Shown: piece after piece, positions 46,901 through 59,646 of the stretch
Numbering within the stretch: position 1 is the stretch's first letter
Layout: each line of letters opens with the position of its first letter
Assembly (NCBI GenBank): GCA_043228905.1
Contig: JBHGNT010000006.1
Span: 10,106,001-10,170,000, forward strand
Origin: Azolla caroliniana
Lineage: Eukaryota; Plantae; Polypodiophyta
Direction: 5' to 3'
Length of the DNA: 64,000 nt
Made by a program: the position numbers and the translations under genes
Notes under the pieces: generated by a model
The model's input: the letters and a program-made list of their open reading frames with translations, nothing else
The model's database searches: none
Told to the model about the DNA's origin: nothing

Positions 46901-49594
46901 CTGACACGCGCTTGTTTGGTGCGAGGGTTATAGCACTTATAACCCTTCTGCTCGTCCGAGTAACCGACCAAGTTGCATTTCTCGACCTTTGCGTCCAGCT
47001 TCCTCCTTTTCTCCTTAGGTACATGCACATACGCAATGCTACCGAACACCCTCAAGTGTTGCAAGTTCGGCTTCGTTCCGAAATATAGCTCGTGCGCCGA
47101 CACTTTGTCTCCAATCCGGTTCTGGATGTATACCGCGGTCCTTACCGCCTCGGCCCAATAGAACTTGGGCAAGCTCTTCTCCTCCAGCATTGCCCGTGCC
47201 GCTTCCACAATCGACCGATTCTTTCTCTCGGCCACGTCGTTCTGCTCTGGCGTGTATCTACAACTGAATTCACGCCGAATTCCCATTTGTTGTAGATAAC
47301 CGTTGAATTGACCGGAAAAGCATTCTTTCCCGCCATCCGACCGTAGGCACTTGATCTTTCGTCCCGTTTCAGCTTCCACGAACCCTTTGAGGTCCCGGAA
47401 ACAGTCGAAGACTTCGCTCTTCCTCTCAATGAGGTAGATCCATGTGTGCTGCGTGTGGTCGTCGATGAAGGAGACGAAATATCGGCTCTCGCCAAGACTA
47501 ATGTTTTGTGTCGGCCCCCATACATCGGAGTGTATAAGGTCGAGCTTGTTCCGGCTCCGGTTTCGCTCGTTGGGGAAAGGAAGTCGGTGTTGCTTCCCGA
47601 GCTGGCAGGCTTCACAAATTTGTGCCTTTCGGCCACTAAATTTGGGCAAACCGAACACTACCTGTTTCGTTTGCAGATCTTGAAGCCGTTGGTAGTTGAC
47701 GTGGCCTATCCGCTTGTGCCACAAGTCGATGTCCGACTCAGTCTTTTGTCCCTTCGCGAACATTGCGGTGCCGCCGTCAGTGGAGTCGAGGATGAACATC
47801 CTCCCGTCTCTGCGCCCTTGCGCAATCACACGGCCTTCTTCCTCAATGAAGCACCCGAGGTGTGTAAACCGAACCTCCATCCCTTGGTCGACGATCTGTT
47901 CGACCGAGACCAAGTTCTTTTTTATTGTCAGAACGTGCAACACGTTCTTAAGTTTCCCTTTCTGCCTGACATGGCTAAGGGGAACTTCTTCGACATTCGC
48001 GATCGGATGCGGAGTGTCGTCTCCTGTTGAGACTACTCCCGGTTGTATCGGTTTTTCAAGGTACGAGAACCACTCCTTATGGCTCGTCATGTGGTTTGAC
48101 GTGCCAGAGTCTACGTACCACACCTCGTCCGATCTCGGGTTGCTCTGTTTCATTGAGTTTGCTTCGTGTCTCGTCACGAAGACAGACCCTTCTCCGGCTC
48201 TCCCGGAGTCTTCAGCGTAGTGCGATCGCTGCCGATTTCCCTTGTCGGTATGTCTGGAGCCGTTCCCGGAACCAGTTCTCTCCGAATCGGCGCGCTTCTT
48301 CCAGCACTCACTTTCCCTGTGGCCTTTCTTGCCATAGTACCAGCACTCCGCGATGGACTTCCCTTGCCGGTTCTCATCGCTTCGACTCCCCCTGTTTCCA
48401 GAGGGTCCGAAGTTGCTGTCGGCATCACTTCGGTACCTTCTTTCTTGATCTTGTCGGCCGCCTCCATTGCGTGCCAACTCGCCTCGTCCTCCACGTCCAC
48501 GGGGCCTATCTCCCTCAGTGTACAACATTCTGCTGTCGGTGTGCGTGCTTGTAGACGCACCCGCGTGGTTCTCCTCTACCAGGAGCATCGACTGTAAGTC
48601 GAAAAAGGACGGCGTATTCTCCCGGGTACACATAGCCGTTCGGAACGCTCCGAACTTCGACGCCAAACCTCCAAGACAGATCTGGACCATCTCGCTCTCC
48701 TCGATGTTCACCTCTATGGAGGTGAGGGAGTCGCAGATATCCTTGATCTTCGAGGTATAGTCCGCCACCGACAAGTCGCGTTGTCGTAGGTTGCTCAACT
48801 CCTGTCGGAGCTGAAGCTTCCTGGCTGTAGTGCTCGCGGCAAAAATCTTCTTCAGATTTTCCCACGCACCCTTCGGCGTCTTTGCATCCCGAACATAGCT
48901 CAATAGTTGTTCGCCCACACACGACGCGAAGCAGTATAGTACCCTGCTCGCTGATTGCTCCCACGACGGGAAGTCTCTGTGTGTCGATTCGGGTGCCGCG
49001 TCATTAGCTCCTTCGACATAACTCCAGTAGCCGTGCCCGAGCAGGTACTGGTGCATCTTGTAGGACCAAGACGCGTAGTTGGTTCTGTCGAGCTTCTCTG
49101 TTGGAAGTGAGCTCGCCATGCCTCTATCCATCGTTCTTCTTGTTCTTCTTCGTCAAGCTGTGTCGGCTGTAGAGAGGTTCTCAACCCTCGCGCTCTGATA
49201 CCATGTAGAAAGTAGCGTGCGGAAGCAAGTATGAAGACAGAACAGAGGAAGGAAACTTAGGTTCAATGGAGAGCTTAGGCTTACACGGTATACGTGGGAG
49301 AGATAGAGAGAGAAACACAAAAAATACTATATTCAATAATAGTGCTCAGTCTCTGTGTACATAAGACGTGCTCAGTGAGCACTTTTATACAAGTCCTAGA
49401 AGGACTGACCGAAGTACTGACAGTACTTCAATGCTCATTAAGAGCTCCCACACTAACTCCCAAATATATTCCTCACGGAATATCTTTCCTAACGACCTCC
49501 CGGTTTACGCACTCGGCCTAACCGATAGGTCCCAGCCGATCCGGTCCTCGACTTCTTCAGCCGATCTGGCCGATGTTGAGCTTGTCTCTCAACA
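43960..49594 (-). mobile_element. Full-length defective Copia
   Basis: 391-bp LTRs (43960-44350, 49204-49594; about 12 substitutions counted), TSD GTTCT, iMet PBS 49192-49203, PPT 44351. Confidence 0.97.
44400..49119 (-). pseudogene. gag-pol of the 43960-49594 Copia
   Basis: Open gag-PR-INT 46567-49119; RT YVDDL; RH YTDADW. Stops present and the ADIFTK motif is deleted. Confidence 0.93.
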
Positions 49595-50434
49595 GTTCTT
49601 GTATTGGACAAGGAAGAGGCCCCGCCACTATCCAACTTCCAAGTGGTGTTTTCTTGGAAATACATGATGCTATCTATGCACATACCTCACTAAGAAATCT
49701 TCTTGTATTTGCAGATGTGCAATGTAATGGATACCACCTCATGACATGGGAACAAGATAGGAAAGAGGCAATGTGAGTTGTCAAGCACTTGCCAAATACT
49801 ACCCAAGTTATTAATGAGTTAGAAGTCTTACCAAACCAAACCAATTGTAGTGTTTCAACCTTAAAGCCTCGAAGATCCGCATGGCTTCATTTGCCAACTA
49901 CTCCAATATTTCCTCGAAGGAACCGTATGAGTCACCAAAATGTTTGGAGTGTATACATGGTGATATCCATGGACTAGTACACCCTCCTTCTGGACCATTT
50001 TATTACATCATGGGAGTCAAAGATGCTTCATCACGTTTTTCTCACGTCACACTTCTTTCTGCTCGCAACATGGTGTTGTCTTGACTCCTCACCCTTATCA
50101 TCAAGTTACGTGCTCAATTCCCAGATGTTGAGTGAGCAAGCTCAACCGGATCCGGATTGGTATCCGAAACGAAGAGCCAGATGATATCCAGATCGGTATC
50201 CGAAACCAGGAGCCGGATCGGGGAGCTAGATTCAAATGTGAACTAGAAGGCTAGTAGTAGCCTATACGCCTAGACTACTAGGTAGTCAAAGTCCTCGTAG
50301 TTAGTGTCAGCCGCTCGTATGAGCATTGAAGTACATAGTACTTCTGTCAGTCCTTTTGAGGACTTGTATAAATAGTGTTGTTTAGCACGTTGTAGTTATA
50401 GAGTTACAAAGTGTTATTTTTTAATTGAGTTTAT

Positions 50435-50474
<40 letters not shown>

Positions 50475-50477
<3 letters not shown>

Positions 50478-50845
50478 TGTTGGGCTTCAAAACAAGTCGA
50501 CACAGAGTAGAAAGGATTAAGAAGATAAGGGAACGTGAGCTACGTCGACTAGAAGCTATAGTTGGGGTACCTTTTACATTGGGGCCACAGGCCACATCCA
50601 CATTGAAACCCTTTGACCTCCCGCTTCTCTTCGAGAGACTTGGATGGAAATGAAATTAGGCCTAGTATAACATCATTTTCATTGTAGAACATGTTTGCTA
50701 TTTTATTTTACTAGAACTATTTAGCTTAAAACTATATTTTTATTTTTATTTTTTACTTTCGATGAATGGGTAAATATCCCATTTTTTGTTTTAAATCATT
50801 TGTCTCATGGGCCAATTTTGGCCTTAGAAGACGTTAATATATCTT

Positions 50846-50850
<5 letters not shown>
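50475..50850 (+). mobile_element. ~375-bp SINE-like or truncated-LINE insertion in the (CT)n tract of an LTR
   Basis: Absent from partner LTR (61480-61500); (CT)n on both sides; second copy at 18673. Confidence 0.8.
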
Positions 50851-50904
<54 letters not shown>

Positions 50905-52479
50905 CTCTCCCGTGTATGCTAAATATTCTCAAGCTTCCATTGAACCCGTGTTTTCTATTCTCTGTTGCTACCCGGGTAAACCAATTTAGTCAAGCTTCCG
51001 CATGCTAACTTTTACATGTTATCAGAGCGCGAGGGTTGAGAACCTCTGCAGCCGACAGATGCTCTTGAAGACAAATCCTAACACTCGGTGAAGAACAAAA
51101 GAGAACCAAAGATGGACAGAGGTATGGCAAATTCACTTCCCACAAAAAAGCTCGATCAGAGCAACTATGCATCCTGGTCATACAAGATGCACCAGTACTT
51201 GTTGGGGTATGGATATTGGAGCTATGTGGAAGGAACTAACGAGGTAGCATCATAGTCGACACACAAAGACTTCTCGGCATGGGAGCAAGGAGCGAGCTGA
51301 GTATTGTACTGCCTCGCGTCTTGTGTGCACGATCAGATACTCAGCTACATCAAGGATGCAAAAAGGCCAAAGGAGGCATGGGAAAATCTATGGAAGATTT
51401 TTGCTGCAAGTATCACAGCCTGTAAATTGTAGCTCCGGCAAGAGCTGAACAACATCCGATAGAGAGATATGTTAGTTACGAACTACACCACGAAGATTAA
51501 GGAGATATGTGATGCACTCGGATCCATCAATGTAACGGTGGAAGAAGACGAGATGGTTCAGATCTGTCTTGGTGGTCTAGCACAACGGTACGGGCCAATC
51601 CGGACGACAATTTGCACTCGGGAGAAGCCACCGTCCTTCTTCGACTTGCAATCCATGTTGATGGTTTAAGAAAACCACGCGAATGGTCGAGGACCACTCA
51701 ATCAGACAACCAGATGTTGTACACAGAGGCTGAGCGGCCCCGTGTGCATGGAGGACGAGGTCGGTCGGCACGTAGTAGAGGCGGCCGACAAGAGTAGAAC
51801 TGAAGGCACGATAGTGCCAACAACAGTTTCGGACCCTCCACAAGCAGGGGGAGTCAAGTTAGAGCCAGAAACCGGCAGTCAAAAACCGACACGGAATGCT
51901 AGTACTTTGGCAAGAAAGGCCACAGAGAGAGTGAGTGCTGGAAGAAGTGCCAATTCGGATAAATCTAGATCTGGCAAGGCCAGACATGGGAACCGGCAAA
52001 GCTCACACTACGCAGAAGGATCGGAAGGATCCGGAACCGGGAAGATCGGAAAAGGGCTAGTCTTCGTGATGAAGCACAAGGCGAACTTGATGAAGAAGAC
52101 CACTTCCAGATTGGAGGAAGTATGGTATGTTGATTTCAGAGCGTCAAACCACATGACGAGCCACGAATAGTGGTTTTCGTTTTTGGAGAAACCGGAACAA
52201 CCGGGAATCGTCGAAACTGGAGACGACACCCCTCACCCGATTGTGTATGTCCGAGAAGAGTCCCTTTAAGCCATGTTGGACAAAAGGAAAACCTGATGAA
52301 CATACTACACATTCCGACAATCACAAAGAACCTGGTGTCGGTCGGACAAATCGTCGACTAGGGAATGCAGGTGCGGTTTATGCACCTCGGGTGTTTCATC
52401 GAGGAAGAAGGCCGGATAATCGAGCAAGGGCGCAGAGAAGGGAGGATGTTCATCCTCAACAGAAAGACGTGGACACCGC

Positions 52480-52780
52480 TGTCGTAAGGATTTTTAGCCA
52501 TGGTGAGAAAAGCAAGTGGGATGGATAAAATGGGGATGTGCAACATTGCATATGCACTTGGAAGATTTGTAAAAGAAACAAATGTAAAAAAGGAAGGGTA
52601 AATGTAAGGTGTTAAAAGTCCACTACGAAAATTCATAAAGTGTAAATGTGATCTCTCGAATCTTAATCTTTCTCTTCCTTCTCGGTTGAACTCCCAAGCT
52701 TCTCTCCCTCCTCTTACTCCCTAGTCCAAGACCCCCCTGGTCTCGTCCTATCTGACACGCACGCGCGGATGTCCGCGACA
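52480..52780 (+). mobile_element. Solo LTR of a B-related Gypsy family
   Basis: TGTCG..CGACA; duplicated CCGC; removal restores D-T-A-M-F of the host. Confidence 0.88.
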
Positions 52781-53593
52781 CCGCCATGTTTGCCAAAGGA
52801 CAAAAGATAGAATCAGACATCGATCTCTGGCATAAGTGGATCGGCCATGTCAACTACCATAGGCTTCAAGATCTACAATCGAAACAGGTTGTGTTCGGAT
52901 TGCCGAAGTTTAGTGACCAGAAGGCCCAAATATGTGAAGCTTGCCAACTCGGGAAGCAACACCGGCTTCCATTCCCTACTAAACAAAACCGGAGCCGTAA
53001 CAAGCTCGACCTAATCCATTCGGATGTATAGGGACCGGCACAAAACGGTAGTCTTGGTAGGAGTCGATATTTTGTCTCCTTCATCGATGACTATAGCCGA
53101 CACACGTGGATCTACCTCATCAAGAAGAAAAGCGAAGCCTTCAACTATTTTCGGAACCTTCAAAGCTTAGTCGAAAGGGAAACAGAGAGGAAGATCAAGT
53201 GCCTACGGTCGGATGGAGAAAAAGAATACTTTTCCGGCCAATTCAACTGTTAGCTGCAGCAGAATGGAATTCAGAGAGAATTTAGCTGCCAATACACACC
53301 GGAACAAAACGGTGTGGCCGAGAGAAAGAACCGGTCGATTGTCGACACGACAAGGCCAATGTTGGAGGAGAAGAGCATGCCCAAATTCTACTGGGCTAAG
53401 GTGGTCTGGACGGCCGTCTACATCCAAAACTGGATCGGGAACAAGGTGTCAGCACACGAGCTGTATTTCGGGCAGAAGCCGAATTAGAGGCATCGTTGGA
53501 TCTTCGATAGCATAGCATATGTGCACGTACCGGATGAGAAGTGGAGGAAGCTAGATCCGAAGTCGGAGAAGTGCATCCTAGTCGGTTACTCAC

Positions 53594-54316
53594 TGTCGGA
53601 AACACAACGCTCCTTATGCGCAACGCTCTGCCACAACCGAGCTTAGAATGATGCACAGAAAATGGGAAATAAAGCACGACACGAAGAAGAAACGAGTGCA
53701 CAGGATGTTTACGTGGAAAACCCAAACTAAGGGAAAAACCACGGCAACCCACAGGCTGCAAACTATCACTACGTTGGAATGTACAAACAGTGAGTTCACG
53801 GAGGCAACGACCTCGTGCTCACGATCTTCGCCACAGGCGGCGGTTACAACAGAGGCAGCGACCTCTTTCTCTCTCTCTCTCTCTGTACACTGTTATGTGC
53901 TCTCTCTTCTTCTTGCACCAACAAAATGACAACCACAACTACTAGTTTGCCCTAAGTCATATTTATACTAATATGACTTTTCGGCTATTTACAAATATAG
54001 CCTCGATGGACTATTAGAAACATATTTACGAATATGTGTCTTCATCCGGTTCTTCGTAGCCGGGTACTCCTCATCCAGTTCATACCGGGTCTGCACCATC
54101 CGGCTCTCCGTAGCCGGGTACTCTTCATCCGGTTCATACCAGGTCTGCACGATCCGGCTCTCCGTAGCCAGGTACTCCTCATCCGGTTCTCACCGGGTCT
54201 GCACGATCCGGCTCTCCGTAGCCGGGTACTCCTCATACGGTTTCGGCCGAGGCCGATAGTTTGTTCATCGGCATTGTTCTTCTCCCTTCCCATCCGAAGG
54301 GACCTGTCTCCCAACA
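53594..54316 (-). mobile_element. Solo LTR containing a 54-bp tandem array
   Basis: TGT..ACA, TSD CTCAC; removal restores GYSHERKG; minus TATA near 53965. Confidence 0.9.
54043..54245. repeat. 54-bp tandem repeat, about 3.8 copies
   Basis: Unit catccggctctccgtagccgggtactcctcatccggttcataccgggtctgcac. Confidence 0.92.
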
Positions 54317-54350
54317 CTCACATGAGCGGAAGGGGCATAAGTGTTATAAC

Positions 54351-57300
54351 CGTTACGAAGGCACTACGGCTCTTATGTGTGAACAACGGATCGTGATGTG
54401 CTAGATCGTTTAGTGCTCAAGATAAAAAGGAAAAGGAATGAGGCTTACCTTTGTGTAGCAAACCAAAAAGCTTCTTCTATTTCATTACACGTAGAGCTCA
54501 ACTTGCTCTCGTCTGTTTTCTGTTTTCTGTTCTTACAACTACTCTCTTACAACTTACTACACTCTCTTTTCTACTTACTTTTTTACCTAAGTTATAAGTG
54601 ACTTATATATGCAACTAATTAGCTATCAGTAGCTAAATAGCTGTCAATAGCTAAATAGTTGTTTCACCTTTATGTCCACTAGTAGCTAATTAGCTAATAG
54701 CTACTATAGCTTATTTCTCAATAAGCATCACATACCTTTGTTGAGCTTGCTTCTCAACACTCCCCCTCAAGCTCAGCTTATCCTTTCTTGGGATCATCTA
54801 CAATCTTCTTTTCTTCATGCTTTTCAGCTACCATGCCGATGCTTATAACTCCCATCATGTCTCTAAACTATGTATGTTTGTCCATGCTCAATCCCTTCGT
54901 AAGAATATCAGCACTTGCTGATTTGTACTTACATACAACAGATCCACTTCTCCATCAATCACTTTTTCTCTAACAAAGTGATAATGCACTTCAATGTGCT
55001 TTGTTCTTGCATGGAACACTGGGTTTTTTGCCAATTGAATGCTGCTCATATTGTCACATCAAATTGTGACTGCACCATCTATATACTCTCCCAAATCCGA
55101 AAGCAATCTTCTGATCCACACCTCTTTACAGGTGGCGATTGTAGCTCCTCTATATTCAGCTTCAGTACTTGATAGTGCAACAGTAGCTTGTTTCTTGCTA
55201 CTCCATGAAATAGTTGCACTTCCCAATTTAAACATATATCCACTTGTGGATCTTCTGTCAGTTTGGCTTCTAGCCCCATCAGCATCTATATATCCTTCCA
55301 GCTTTAAGTCCAGATCAGCCTTGTAAAACAATCCATAATTTTGAGTAGCTTTTACATACCTCAAAATTCTTCTAATGCAGTCCAAATGTGGCTTTGTTGG
55401 TTGTTGCATAAACTAGCTAACTAATCCAACAACATAACTCAAATCAAGTCTTGTTATGGTCAAATATATGAGGTTGCCCACCATAGACCTGTACATGTTT
55501 ACATCTCTATTTTGGCTCCCAAATCAGCCCTCAATTTGCAGTTCTTATCAAGTGGTACACCAATAGGTTTGCATCCAAGCATACCATACTTCTTCAACAT
55601 AGTTGTTGCATACTATTTTTGTAACATATATATACCACTTTCAAATCTGATCATCTCAATGCCAAGAAAGTATCTCAGCTCTCCCAAGTCTTTCATATGA
55701 AATTGCATTTCAAGATTTTTTTTAGCTTCCTTATTTCATCCATAGAATCACCTCCGATGATTAAATCATCAACATAAATCAGGATAACAACCATGCAATC
55801 ATTTATCTTCTTTACATATAGTGATGGATCAACTTTTGACATTTTGACGGCAATTTTTTTCAGAGATTCTGAAAGTTCTTTATGCCATGCCCTTGGTGCT
55901 TGTTTCAATCCATAGAGAGCCTTTTTCAGCCTACATACATATTTTGGATGCTTCTTATCTTCAAAACCTGGTGGTTGACACATATACACTTCTTATTCTA
56001 AGTTACCATGTAAAAAAGCATTTTTTACATCCATATGGTGCAGAACCCATCTTTTGACTGCACTCACAACAAGTAGTGTTCTCAATGTTGCCATCTTTGC
56101 AACCGGTGCAAATGTTTCATCATAATCAATTCCCTACATCTGGGCATATCCCTTTGCAACAAGTCTTGCTTTATGTCTACTAACATTTCCATTTGAATCA
56201 TGCTTTGTTTTGTAGACCCATTTGCAACCTACAACATTTTTTTCTTTCAGTAACTTCACCAAATCCTATGTTCTGTTTTCAACCAATGCATCTATTTCTT
56301 CTTGCATTGGATTCACCCATTTCTTATCAAATTTTGCTTCATCAAAACTATTTGGATCAAGGATTTGTATCACTTTAGACATGTATGCATAATGCATAGC
56401 CATATATGTGTCATAACCAAATCTTTCAACAGTCTTTTTCTCTCTATCGGATCTTCTCAGTTTTTTATTTGCATCTTTCATTGCTTTTTCCATACCAAGG
56501 ATTTTTAAGGCTCATATACCAAGCTCATCATCCAATGATGTATATGAATCTACATCTTCCATGTTTCTAGACCCATCATCAAACATTTCATATTCTTGCA
56601 TCTTCTGTTTTCCCTTTCTATCATCATATTTTTTGTGTCCTGCATTTTTTCCACTCCAAGCATTAGATTCATATTTACTACCTGAGCTTCCAGATGGTCC
56701 AATACATGTTATCAATGTTGAACTTTGTTGTCCAACATTGCTTCCATTTCCATGGCAATCTCTTCCATTTTCAGATTTTTCTCTGTCTTCATTTTCACAG
56801 ATTTCATCAGATTCTACATTTTGTTTTTGGTTGTACCAACTGCCCAACTCATCAAATATTACATCACGGCTTACCACAAATTTTTTTGTCATAGGGTTAT
56901 AGCATCTATACCCTTTTTGCTCCTCTGAATATCCAACAAAAACACATTTTTTCAGCTTTTGGATCAAGCTTACTTCTTACTTCAGCAAGTACATGAACAT
57001 AGGCAAGGCATCCAAACACTTTTAAGTGTCCTAAACTCGGCTTTCTGCCATAGAAACATTCTTCAGGAGTTACTTCATGTACTCCAGATGTTATACATCT
57101 ATTTATGATATAGTTTGTTGTGTTTATAGCTTCTACCCAGTAATACAATGGCATATTATTTTCAGTCATCATGGCTCTTGCTATGTTCACCAGAGTTCTA
57201 TTTTTGCTCTCAGCAACTCCATTTTGTTGTGGGGTATATCTACATGTAAACTATCTCCTTATTCCTTGATTGCATGGAAAATCAGAAAATTCATTTGAGA

Positions 57301-59646
57301 AGTACTCTCCTCCTCCATCAAATCTTAAACATTTTATTCTAGTTCCAGCCTGCTTTTCTACCATGCATTTAAACTTACAGAGGCAATCAAATCCTTCACC
57401 TTTTTCTTTCATGAAGTAAACCCATGTTTTCCTTGAGCAATCATCAATAAATGTTACATAAAACTTACATCCACTAATTGATGCATTTTTTGTTGGTCCC
57501 CATACATCTGTATGTACCAAATCCAACAAATTTTTGCTTACATGTCTTTCATGAGGGAAAGGTAGCCTGTTTTGCTTTCCATATTGACATGCTTCACATA
57601 TTTTGCTCATCTCACAGTCTTTTAACTTAGGCAATCCAGCCACTGCATTTTTCCTCAACATATTTTTCAAGGTTTGCATACTTATGTGACCGATTCTTTT
57701 ATGCCACATTTCCACATCTGAGATTACACTCATTCCTTCTGCAAACATGGTTGTAATCTTTTTAAGCATATCCACATCTAACACAAACATCATTCCTTGT
57801 CGTTTTCCTTTTGCAATAAGCTTTCCATGTTTCTCTATAAAGCATCCACTTTGCTTAAACTTAACTTACATTCCTTGCTCTACTATCTGTCCAACAGAAA
57901 TCAGATTTTTTGCAAGGTTTGGAACATGCATCACATTCAGCATATACTTTGTTTTTCCTTTTTCTTCCCACAATGGGACATCTCCAACATGCTCGATTGT
58001 ATGGATGGTGTTATCACCTGTTTGTACATAACCGAGAATCTCTGGTTCTCTTAGACTTTCAAACCAGTTTGCATGTCCTGTCATATGATTAGATGTCCCA
58101 GAATCTATATACCACATAAACTCTTCATTTCATCTCTGTGAACATTTAGCCATTGCTGTTGTTCCATGTTGCACCACAAATGCACCATCTTTATCACAGT
58201 CTTCACTAGTTGAGGCATAATTATTTTGTTGTCTCTTCCCTCTTTTTTCATCATTTTGCTTTTTATAGCATTCAACTTGTGTATGGCTTGGTTTTCCACA
58301 ATACCAACAACCATCATCATTCAAATAAGTTTGCTTACCTCTACCTCGATTGCTCCCCCTATCTCTGATGTTGTTTCTTCCACTTAAAGCCTATTGTCCT
58401 CTTCCTTGATAATTGTTGTTGGTTCTAGCTGAACCAAATCTTCCATGGCTTGCCCCTTAGTCTCAAAGTTTCCTTTGTTCACATCATCCATCTGATTTCT
58501 TTCTTCCACTACACGCATTGAAACTAGATCTAGAAAACTTGGGATGCTATCCCTTGTGAGGATAGATGTTTTGAAGCTTTTATTTTGAGGTCCTAAACCT
58601 CTTAAGCATATTTCCACCTTATCATCATCTTCTACCTTCACATTGATAGAAGCAAGTGATTCACATATGCTCTTTATTTTTAGAGCATATTCATTCACTG
58701 ACATCTTACCTTTTTCCAAGGTATTTAGCTCAGTCGTCAACTAAAGCTTTCTAGCCTTTGTGTTCACTGCAAACAGTTTTACTAAACTGTCCCAAGCTTC
58801 TTTTCGAAGCATAGCATCCTGTATATGTCCAAGCATCGAATCTGAGATGCTAAGTGAGAGCCAATGCAATACCTTTCTTGCCCCTTGATTCCATTCCTTA
58901 AATGCTTTAATCTATGCAGCAATTGCATTTTCTTTTGGGATCTTTGGAGCCTCTTCTAGGTCTCCTTCAATATAATCCCAATATCCTTTTCCCATCAGGA
59001 AATTTGTCATTCTGAATTTCCATGCCGGGAAATTGTTTTTATCCAACTTTTCTATGACTATTTGGCTTCCATTTTCTGTAGCCATTTTCTCTTTCAAATT
59101 AAGGCTTTTGCTACAATTACTTCAACAAGCAACTCTCTGATTCAGATTAGCAAACAGAACCAAACTTCTAAGATATGTACTGCTCTAATCTTCTTTATGA
59201 GCAACTCTGCTCTGATACCATGTTACGAAGGCACTACGGCTCTTTTGTGTGCACAGTGGATTGTGATGTGCTGGATCGTTTAGTGCTCAAGACCAAAAAG
59301 AAAAGGAAGGAGGCTTACCTCTATGTAGCAAACTAAAAAGCTTCTTCTATTTCATTACACGCAGAGCTCAACTCACTCTTGTCTGTTTTCTGTTTTCTAT
59401 TCTTACAACTACTCTCTTTTCTACTTACTTTTTACCTAAGTTATAAGTTACTTAAATATATGCAACTAATTAGCTGCCATTAGCTAATTAGCTGTCTGTA
59501 GCTAAATAGTTATCGGTAGCTAAATACATGTGCATAGCTAAATAGTTGTTTCACCTTTATGTCCATTAGTAGTTATTTAGCTAATAGCTACTATAGCTTA
59601 TTTATCAATAAGCATCACATACCTTTGTTGAGCTTCCTTCTCAACA
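54351..59646 (-). mobile_element. Full-length degenerate AT-rich Copia
   Basis: LTRs 54351-54759 and 59221-59646, TSD ATAAC, iMet PBS 59209-59220, PPT 54760; WYIDSG, HTDVWGP, YVDDLII. Confidence 0.96.

Noticed and set aside
54034-54396. 18-aa repeat proteins on both strands
   Set aside because: By-product of the 54-bp array in a solo LTR.
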